Assembly (NCBI GenBank): GCA_041577335.1
Contig: JBFGJH010000003.1
Location: forward strand, 1-64,000
DNA: 64,000 nucleotides
Source: Acidimicrobiia bacterium
GTDB lineage: Bacteria > Actinomycetota > Acidimicrobiia > Spongiisociales > JAENVV01
Direction: 5' to 3'
In this document: piece by piece, positions 57,332 to 64,000 of the stretch
How the letters are laid out: each line of letters opens with the position of its first letter
Position numbering within the stretch: position 1 is the first letter of the stretch
Translations under genes and position numbers: made by a program
The notes under the pieces: generated by a model
Told to the model about the DNA's origin: nothing
Databases searched by the model: none
The model's input: the letters and a program-made list of their open reading frames with translations, nothing else

Positions 57332-57387
57332 GAGATTGACATCTCTGTAAGTTTAGTACTAAATTCATTTCAGTACTAAATGTACAG
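57332..57387. promoter_or_regulatory. AT-rich divergent promoter/operator: TTGACA-N18-TAAATT overlapped by duplicated TT(T/C)AGTACTAAA
   Basis: TTGACA 57336-41; palindrome TTTAGTACTAAA 57352-63; near-copy TTCAGTACTAAA 57369-80. Confidence 0.7.
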
Positions 57388-57402
57388 GAGGAAGTTAGCG
57401 CA

Positions 57403-58008
57403 ATGACTATGACAATGGTGGGCACTCCCGAACGGTCAGTCTCTCGTTGGAGTCACGCCTCGGACCAGGAGCTCGCAGATGCGATCATCGACCGTTCCGA
57501 AGCCGCCCTCGGCGAGGCGTACCGCCGGCACTCTGCTGCGGTCTATGGGCTGGCCAAACGAGTCATCCGAAATCAGTCCCTGGCCGAGGATGTCGTTCAA
57601 GAAGTCTTTCTACGCCTCTGGAACAGCCCCGAGAAGTTCGACGCAAGCCGGGGCTCAATCCGTTCCTTCTTACTGGCCCACACACATGGCCGTTCAGTGG
57701 ATATCATCCGCTCAGAGACCTCGCGCCGTAATAGAGAAGACAGAGAAGCAACACTGACGGCGCAGGCAGGACCGAGCATCGACGAAGAGGTTTGGCAAAT
57801 GGCGCTCGCGGACAAAGTCCAGCAGGCATTGCAGTCATTGCCCCAGACAGAACGGTCGGTAATCGAACTCGCCTACTTCGGTGGTCTCACCTACCGACAG
57901 GTGGCAGTCCACCTCGAGCTTCCCGAGGGAACGGTGAAGAGCCGGATCCGATCGGGTCTCAAGCGCCTTCAGGCGATAATGGCAGAGGCGGGCCTCACCA
58001 CCGCCTGA
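57403..58008 (+). CDS. sigK: ECF sigma factor, SigK-like
   Basis: AEDVVQEVF, FDASRGS, VDIIRS, IELAYFGGLTYRQVA, PEGTVKSRIRSGL; RskA-like gene downstream. Confidence 0.85.
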   Translation: MTMTMVGTPERSVSRWSHASDQELADAIIDRSEAALGEAYRRHSAAVYGLAKRVIRNQSLAEDVVQEVFLRLWNSPEKFDASRGSIRSFLLAHTHGRSVDIIRSETSRRNREDREATLTAQAGPSIDEEVWQMALADKVQQALQSLPQTERSVIELAYFGGLTYRQVAVHLELPEGTVKSRIRSGLKRLQAIMAEAGLTTA

Positions 58009-58016
58009 GGTGACGG

Positions 58017-58808
58017 ATGAAGCACAACGAAGCGGCCGAGCTCCTTGGCGCATACGCTCTCGACGCAGTCGAGGGAGATGAGAGCCCTGAACTCGAAACC
58101 CACGTCGCTGCCTGCAACGAATGCCAGGCAGAGCTCGACGGATACAGGACGGTCGCTGCCGTCCTCGCCGGCGCCGGTGAGCTAGCCCCTGGTACGGCAT
58201 GGGAGGGGATCATCGAGAAGCTCGATCCTGAGCTGCCAAGCCTGGTATCTGGTCCAAAGGAGGAGCATTCGAATGTCATTCCCTTGCGCTCGACGGTTCG
58301 CTGGTGGGTTTCTGCAACTGCTGTAGCAGCGGCTTTCGCCGTCGTGCTCGGAGCCGCGTACCTGTCCGAGCGGAGCACGGTCGAAGGGCTGCGGGGCGAA
58401 GTGACGGCTGCGCAATCTCGGGCTGCCGACGCCGAGTCGGCACTGGCGGGTATCCAAGCCGAAAATGCTCTCGCCCGCGCTGCCCGTGACGCCGCTGAGA
58501 GCGCCAATTCGCTGCAGGTCAGCCTCAGAGCCGACTCGACTGCCGCGGCCACGACCATCGTGCTCACCGAGGACGGCACCGGCTATATCGCAGACAGCAC
58601 CCTCCCGGCACTCCCCGAGGGCCGTACGTATCAACTGTGGGCGGTCGTGGACGGACGAGTCATCTCGGCCGGCGTGCTCGGCCCCGACCCGGAAATCGTG
58701 CCGTTTCGTGTCGATCCGGTCGGGCTGGAAGCCTTGGCGATCACCGAAGAGGTCGTCGGAGGTGTCGCCGTGTCAGAGAACCCGATCTTGGTTGCTTGGA
58801 GCAAATAG
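58017..58808 (+). CDS. rskA: RskA family anti-sigma factor with zinc-binding motif
   Basis: LLGAYALDA, HVAACNEC (HxxxCxxC), one TM, TYQLWA, LAITEE. Confidence 0.85.
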   Translation: MKHNEAAELLGAYALDAVEGDESPELETHVAACNECQAELDGYRTVAAVLAGAGELAPGTAWEGIIEKLDPELPSLVSGPKEEHSNVIPLRSTVRWWVSATAVAAAFAVVLGAAYLSERSTVEGLRGEVTAAQSRAADAESALAGIQAENALARAARDAAESANSLQVSLRADSTAAATTIVLTEDGTGYIADSTLPALPEGRTYQLWAVVDGRVISAGVLGPDPEIVPFRVDPVGLEALAITEEVVGGVAVSENPILVAWSK

Positions 58809-58818
58809 CCGTTCCTGG

Positions 58819-59382
58819 TCAATCGTCGACCGTGGGCTCCGTGTCACTTGATCGGGCAGCAGCAGCTATGGCAACACCACGACGCTCGAGGAACCGGGTG
58901 AGGGGAGCCGGCAGCTCGGCCGGCCGATCTCCCCAGTCGTACACAACAGCGCTCCCGCTGATCACGTCGTGGAGAGCGCGCCGCTCTCGGCCGAGAATGA
59001 TCCCGACGAACCCGATGCCCATCAGCAAGAAGTTCAGTGGGAAGGTAACGACACGAACGGCGGCGCGGCCTGGGCCGAGAGGCATGCCTTGCCTTGTCAC
59101 CACCTTCAATCCGACCAAGGCCTTGCCGACCGACCGCCCAGTGATCGTTAGCCCCACGAACAGGTAGAGAAAGGCCCAGGCGCCAAGTCCGAGCCAGTAC
59201 CAAGCCGGGTCGACGGCGCCGAAGTCGACTTCGATACCAAACAGCAGGTTCAGGAAGAACTGTCCTCCCGCGAGGATGAGCCCGTATATGCCGGTGAGGA
59301 TCAGCCAATCGATGCCAAACGCAACCAGCCGCGTGAACGCCCCCGCGTACTGGCCCGAGACCTGGCCGACTCCGGTGCTCAT
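58819..59382 (-). CDS. RDD family membrane protein
   Basis: YAGAFTRLVAFGID, GRSVGKALVGLKVV, RRALHD. Confidence 0.9.
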   Translation of the reverse strand: MSTGVGQVSGQYAGAFTRLVAFGIDWLILTGIYGLILAGGQFFLNLLFGIEVDFGAVDPAWYWLGLGAWAFLYLFVGLTITGRSVGKALVGLKVVTRQGMPLGPGRAAVRVVTFPLNFLLMGIGFVGIILGRERRALHDVISGSAVVYDWGDRPAELPAPLTRFLERRGVAIAAAARSSDTEPTVDD

Positions 59383-60401
59383 TCGTTCTGCTCTGCGGGC
59401 TCAACCAAATGGACTGGTCCCTTTGGAAAATCGCCCGGCCCTCGACCGAGCAGCCGATTGACGATGCCGGCGAGAACGGTATCGAGTGCCGCCGCCTGCC
59501 GACGCCCCACATCGAGAGCCGATCCGGCCACATCGCTTGTTGCTTCAGCCACCAATTCGCCGACCTGAGCGCGTTTCGCCACGGCAGCGACATCGACGCG
59601 CTCGAGCACGGCGTCCATGTCGAGTCGGTCCAGCAGAGCATCCAGGTCCACCTTGGCCAGGAGGGAGTCCAGGTCCGCTCGGCCGACCAGTTGGTCGAGG
59701 TCAACTCGAGTCAGCAGGGTGTTGACGTCGACGCGGCCGAGCAAGCTGTTGATATCGACTCGTTCGATGAGGGCGGCGATGTCGACCCGATCGAGCAGGC
59801 GTTCGAGGTCCACGCCGGCGAGGATCGTGTTCAGGTCTGCGCCTTCGACCAGCGCGTTGATGTCGACCTCGGTGAGAAGCGAGTTGACGTCGACGCGGCC
59901 GAGCAAGCTGTTGATATCGACTCGCTCGAGTAGCGCGTCGACATCGACAGCATCGAGGAATGTATTGAGGTCGATCTGCTCGACGATCTCGGCAGGGTCG
60001 AGTGATTCCGCTACGACCGGAGCGACTCCAGACACAACGCGACTGAACTGGGCCTTGGCGACACGGCCCCCCTCTTCCCAATCGACGTCGTCGACGATGG
60101 CGTCTCTGGCGCCGCCGGCGACTTCGCTTGCTACCCGGGCAGCGGGCGTATTGGCTACGCGTTGCAAGAAAACTCGGCCGGCATCGGTGCCCCGCTGAAC
60201 CACGCGGATGCCGATCGACATCGCAAACCCGCCGGCCGTACGAGCTCGCGAAGGCTCACTGCCGGCAGGCATGGGCGGGTCTTCGTGACCTTCGCCCTGG
60301 GCGGAACGCTCGAGGCTGCGGACTTCGAAGTCCCCGCTTCCGAGTTCGATCACGTCGGACGCTTCTTCGTCTGGGCGGTCGTTGCCTGGGTCGTCGCTCA
60401 C
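59379..60401 (-). CDS. Nonapeptide-repeat protein, (V/I/L)D-x-(N/D)-x-L-L-x-R
   Basis: About 16 tandem 9-aa units such as VDINSLLGR VDVNSLLTE; GTG start with SD GAAGGAG; overlaps the RDD gene start. Confidence 0.8.
   Translation of the reverse strand: MSDDPGNDRPDEEASDVIELGSGDFEVRSLERSAQGEGHEDPPMPAGSEPSRARTAGGFAMSIGIRVVQRGTDAGRVFLQRVANTPAARVASEVAGGARDAIVDDVDWEEGGRVAKAQFSRVVSGVAPVVAESLDPAEIVEQIDLNTFLDAVDVDALLERVDINSLLGRVDVNSLLTEVDINALVEGADLNTILAGVDLERLLDRVDIAALIERVDINSLLGRVDVNTLLTRVDLDQLVGRADLDSLLAKVDLDALLDRLDMDAVLERVDVAAVAKRAQVGELVAEATSDVAGSALDVGRRQAAALDTVLAGIVNRLLGRGPGDFPKGPVHLVEPAEQNE
59570..60000. repeat. Coding 27-bp degenerate tandem repeat with an exact 42-bp duplication
   Basis: gttgacgtcgacgcggccgagcaagctgttgatatcgactcg at 59721-59762 and 59883-59924, 162 bp (6x27) apart. 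Confidence 0.85.
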
Positions 60402-60485
60402 ATGTTGCTCCTTCGACGGGAGGGTAACCGAATGGCTTTCGATCGAGTGGGCGTCGGGGAATGCGTTCGGTACAGTCGGGGCGCG

Positions 60486-61100
60486 ATGGATCAGGATCGA
60501 ACACTCGAAGTAGCCAGCGAGCAACTTGGCCGCATGCGGGGCATGACTGCCCTCTATCACAAGCGATTCTTTGCCGACGTGCGCTTTGCCCTCATCATGA
60601 TGATCGGACTCCTGGCCGGCGGTTTCTGGGGGGTGGCCGAGCTGTTTCTCATCGTGCCGTTCGTGGCGCTGTGGGGGGCGGTGCAGACGTCGTTCGATGC
60701 TTCGTACCTGATCCTGGCGCGGCAGTATGCCGTCGCCCTCGAGCGGTGGATCAACCGGCGTCTCGACCACGAGATCCTGCTCGGTGGGCGTCTCGAAGAT
60801 TCGTATTTGTTTCCCCTGGGTGTGGCGAAAGTCGTCACGATCCCACTCGCTGGTCCCATCACTTGGTTCGGGTTCGTTACGGCGTTCACCACCCTGGGCG
60901 GCTTGGGTGGAGCAGTTGTCGGGCTGTGGGCTGGTTGGCCGGTACTGGCCGATTTGTCACTGCTCGCCGCGGGAGCCTATTGGGTGAGCCTGGCCGGACT
61001 GGCCTTTGGCGCTCTTGCCGTGGGTTGGTGGTGGTTCGTAGCCGGCGCCGGAGAGCGGCGACTCGAAGCAGTCCTTGATCCGTTGAACCAGGCGGGCTGA
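60486..61100 (+). CDS. Hypothetical membrane protein
   Basis: About 4 TM segments, GC3-biased codons, TACAGT upstream. Confidence 0.7.
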   Translation: MDQDRTLEVASEQLGRMRGMTALYHKRFFADVRFALIMMIGLLAGGFWGVAELFLIVPFVALWGAVQTSFDASYLILARQYAVALERWINRRLDHEILLGGRLEDSYLFPLGVAKVVTIPLAGPITWFGFVTAFTTLGGLGGAVVGLWAGWPVLADLSLLAAGAYWVSLAGLAFGALAVGWWWFVAGAGERRLEAVLDPLNQAG

Positions 61101-61106
61101 GCCCGG

Positions 61107-61691
61107 TCACCCACCAACGGCGGCGGCCGCCGCCGTGTTGAATGCCTCGACCGCGGCGTTGAATTGCTCGAGTGCCGCCCGTCGGGCCTCACCCGTGTCC
61201 GGTGCCTCCAAGCCGTCGAGGACAGCGTCCGCAGCAGCAGACACCGGCGGGGCAACAATGACGACGGCGGCTTGGGAGTCTTCGAAACCGACAGGCGCTT
61301 CGATGGCTTCGACCCGCGTCACCCACTGGGCGATCCGCGGGTTGAGATCGTCGCGCAGGAAGTCGCGGGCCGTGCCGAACTCGACGTCGCGAGCGTCCCA
61401 TTGCTCATTGATCGAGGCCATCTCTGCGGAGAGTGATGTCAGATCCGATTGCGAGGTATTCACCTGATCGACGTAGGCAGCTACCGCCGGATCAGATTCG
61501 GGGACGGTGGACTCCACGTCGATGGGCTCTATATCGGAGATGGTGGTCGTGGTCGACTCCGGCAGCGTGACCGGTGCCGCGGAGGCGTCGTCCTCGAGGT
61601 TGTTCACGAACACGTAGGTGAAGGCGATCATCCCAAGCACGATGAGCGGCAGGATCCAACGTCCTGGCTTTGGGTCCGGGTTTCTGGCCAT
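61107..61691 (-). CDS. Hypothetical membrane-anchored protein with helical extracellular domain
   Basis: RWILPLIVLGMIAFTYVFV TM, Thr-rich linker, amphipathic helices. Confidence 0.72.
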   Translation of the reverse strand: MARNPDPKPGRWILPLIVLGMIAFTYVFVNNLEDDASAAPVTLPESTTTTISDIEPIDVESTVPESDPAVAAYVDQVNTSQSDLTSLSAEMASINEQWDARDVEFGTARDFLRDDLNPRIAQWVTRVEAIEAPVGFEDSQAAVVIVAPPVSAAADAVLDGLEAPDTGEARRAALEQFNAAVEAFNTAAAAAVGG

Positions 61692-61780
61692 AGAGACAAG
61701 AACGTTAGTCGACCTGCTGACGGTTCCCGCTGTTCGACGACCCCCTTGTCTCAGGGCCCGTGATCTCATACGTTCGACGC

Positions 61781-62473
61781 ATGGAGCAACCACAAGGCCT
61801 CCCTGAATCAGGGGAACGACTCGACTACGTGCCATGGTCTACCTATGAGGCCGCTCGTGTTCCGCAATGGGCTCCCTGGCTGACTGCCTTGGCCGTTGTG
61901 GTGATCTCCGGAGCGGCCATGTTCGTTTGGGGCAGCGGTGGGGGTGGCACTGATCGTGCTGTTGTACCCATGCCTGTGACGACCGAGCTGAGACCGCCAC
62001 CGACCTCGTCCACGTCGACTGCCCCGTTGACTGAAGCCGATTTGCGAGCATCACCCCAGCTATCGGAGAGCGTGGTCGGCGCGGCCGCCGAGAGTTTCGT
62101 GTTCGGGTACTTCACGATCGATCCGCAGCGGTCGTCGGGACCGGCTGCCGACCTGGCCGCATCGCTCGGACACATTCCCGAGCAAGCCTCGTATGTCGAG
62201 TGGCTGAGCGCCGAGGACGTCACACAGATCGCGCCCGACATGTACCAAGTCAACGTGCGATTCAGACTGGTCCTTCTTGGTGCCGAGCCCGAGAGAATCG
62301 ATGGGGCGGTCGTGCAGGTGGCCGTTCAAGCTGTTGATGGTCGATTGGCGGTGCACGGACCCCCCACCCTGTTGGCAATGGAGCCGACCCAGTTGGTTGA
62401 ACGCGATGTGCTGAGCGAAGGCGGAGAGGTGGTAGCCGGGCCCGGCGGGATCCCGGTCCTGGCTCAGCCGTAA
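61781..62473 (+). CDS. Hypothetical single-pass membrane protein, weakly TcpC/VirB8-like
   Basis: One TM, Pro/Thr linker, AAESFVFGYFT helix then beta-rich region; TACGTT 6 nt before ATG. Confidence 0.55.
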   Translation: MEQPQGLPESGERLDYVPWSTYEAARVPQWAPWLTALAVVVISGAAMFVWGSGGGGTDRAVVPMPVTTELRPPPTSSTSTAPLTEADLRASPQLSESVVGAAAESFVFGYFTIDPQRSSGPAADLAASLGHIPEQASYVEWLSAEDVTQIAPDMYQVNVRFRLVLLGAEPERIDGAVVQVAVQAVDGRLAVHGPPTLLAMEPTQLVERDVLSEGGEVVAGPGGIPVLAQP

Positions 62474-62718
62474 TGTGCCTCTAGGATCGCCTCGGCGGCA
62501 GGAGCGATCGTCGCCCAGTCACCTTCGGGGGTTTTCGACAACGTGACAAAATCCGCGGTCATGAAGACACTGCTCACGCCGGGAATCGCGAGCAAGGGAT
62601 CGGCAAGTGGGTGCTCGACACTACCCCCCGGGACCAGCGTGAGTGGTCCTCCGACCGGCTGCCCGACGGAGAATTTCAAAGCGTTGGGATTCGGCGTTTG
62701 CTCGATCGATATGGCCAC
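62464..62718 (-). CDS. Nfu/NifU N-terminal scaffold domain protein
   Basis: IEQTPNPNALKF, IPGVSSVF, DFVTLSK, W; SD AGGAGG. Confidence 0.88.
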   Translation of the reverse strand: MAISIEQTPNPNALKFSVGQPVGGPLTLVPGGSVEHPLADPLLAIPGVSSVFMTADFVTLSKTPEGDWATIAPAAEAILEAHYG

Positions 62719-62749
62719 GACACCTCCTGAATGGCCAGGGTAGCGAGCA

Positions 62750-64000
62750 ATGGAGCTCGGCATCGACGTCGGAGGAACGTTTACTGATGTTGTGGCCTGG
62801 GACGGCACCCGAGTTTCGGTTGGCAAGGTTTCCACCAGCGGAGACCAGTCGGAGGGCGTCATCGCGGCTGCGGCCGAGGTGAGTGATTCGCCGGTTGACC
62901 GACTGATTCATGGGACCACCGTCGCCACGAACGCCTTGCTCGAGCGGACCGGGGCACGGGTGGCGTTGGTGACTACGAAGGGCTTCGAGGATGTCCTCGA
63001 GATCGGCCGGCAGAATCGCCGCCATCTCTACGCCCCCTGGTCGCGTCGTCCCGAGCCTCTCGTGAGCCGCGATCGGCGGTTTGGAGTGGGCAGCGAACCT
63101 CTGGGTAGCCTGCCTGCCGCTTTGGCTTCGAGCGGGGCCGAGGTGTTTGCGGTGGCCCTTCTCTATGGCTACCTGGACCCGGAATCAGAGATCCGGATCG
63201 CCGAGCTCATTCGAGAGCGAATCGGGCGGGACACCCACGTGTCCACGTCGGCAGCCGTCAGCGGAGAGTTTCGAGAGTTCGAGCGCACCTCCACCACGGT
63301 CCTCAACGCGTACCTGTACCCGGTGATGTCGGGGTATCTGTCGAACCTCGAGGATCGCGCCGCGGTGTTGCCTGGAGCGCCCCTGATCACCGTGATGCGC
63401 TCTTCGGGCGGGCTCATGACCGTGGGTCGGTGCGTTGATCTGCCGGCCGCCGCCCTCTTGTCCGGACCGGCCGGCGGAGTGGTTGCCTCGGCCGAGCTGG
63501 GCCGGGACCTGGCCATCGAGAGGCTGATCTCGTTCGACATGGGCGGCACATCAACGGATGTCTGCCGTATCGAGAACGGGCGGCCCGAGGTCATGTACGA
63601 ACGGGCGATCGAAGGCTATGCCTGCCGCCTCCCTTCGGTGGCCGTTCACACGGTGGGCGCAGGCGGAGGATCGCTGGCGTGGATCGACGATGGTGGGGCG
63701 CTGCGGGTGGGGCCGCGGAGCGCCGGAGCCCATCCCGGCCCGGCTTGCTACGACAGGGGCGGGAGAACGCCAACCGTCACTGATGCCAACGTCGTGCTCG
63801 GAAGGATCGCAGGCGGCGCAAGGCTGGGAGCGGAGGTAGCTGTGCGGCGGGATCTCGCCGAGTCGGCTGTCGCCCGAATCGGATCAGAACTCGGGTTGGA
63901 TGTTCCCTCGACCGCTGCCGGGATCATCGAGATAGCCAACGCTCATATGGAGCGAGCCATCCGAGCTGTGTCGGTGGAGCAGGGAGCTGACCCTCGGCGA
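62750..64000 (+). CDS. Hydantoinase/oxoprolinase family subunit A, 3' end outside window (missing from the ORF track)
   Basis: MELGIDVGGTFTD, HGTTVATNALLER, REFERTSTTVLNAY, LSGPAGG, DMGGTSTD, GAGGGS, PTVTDAN. Confidence 0.93.
   Translation, partial: MELGIDVGGTFTDVVAWDGTRVSVGKVSTSGDQSEGVIAAAAEVSDSPVDRLIHGTTVATNALLERTGARVALVTTKGFEDVLEIGRQNRRHLYAPWSRRPEPLVSRDRRFGVGSEPLGSLPAALASSGAEVFAVALLYGYLDPESEIRIAELIRERIGRDTHVSTSAAVSGEFREFERTSTTVLNAYLYPVMSGYLSNLEDRAAVLPGAPLITVMRSSGGLMTVGRCVDLPAAALLSGPAGGVVASAELGRDLAIERLISFDMGGTSTDVCRIENGRPEVMYERAIEGYACRLPSVAVHTVGAGGGSLAWIDDGGALRVGPRSAGAHPGPACYDRGGRTPTVTDANVVLGRIAGGARLGAEVAVRRDLAESAVARIGSELGLDVPSTAAGIIEIANAHMERAIRAVSVEQGADPRR

Noticed and set aside
59570..60000. 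Periodic repeats as a possible CRISPR array
   Set aside because: 27-bp in-frame coding repeats with no unique spacers and no cas genes

Overview
High-GC actinobacterial chromosome segment, most likely Acidimicrobiia (inferred from GlnR, WhiB, SigK/RskA, ask-asd and many apparently leaderless genes). It is mostly core metabolism: three tRNAs (Arg-ACG, Ser-GCT, Pro-CGG), nei, manC, a fabH plus UfaD/DUF1365/Cfa-like lipid-modification cluster, dgt-nrdJ-NT5C, dnaX-ybaB-recR, glpX, thiolase/mce, a receiver-HEAT-GT2 operon, murJ, ask-asd, nfeD-whiB, selAB, Fe-S carriers, a SARP regulator, glnA-glnR/glnII with a clear GlnR box array, a B12-binding regulator divergent from sigK-rskA, and a truncated hydantoinase. 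I saw no CRISPR array, prophage or transposase. The best candidate for an undescribed system is a light/oxidative-stress cascade: a CarH-signature cobalamin regulator faces sigK-rskA across an AT-rich operator, and a SigK-like promoter lies in front of the furan-fatty-acid-type operon 47 kb away. Also notable: a candidate sigma28-driven small RNA with an anti-Shine-Dalgarno loop, a sigma28-type promoter on the receiver-HEAT-GT2 operon, and a REP-like hairpin mosaic holding a purH-like fragment. All calls are from motif reading by eye; no searches were run, and start codons were chosen from SD or -10 context.
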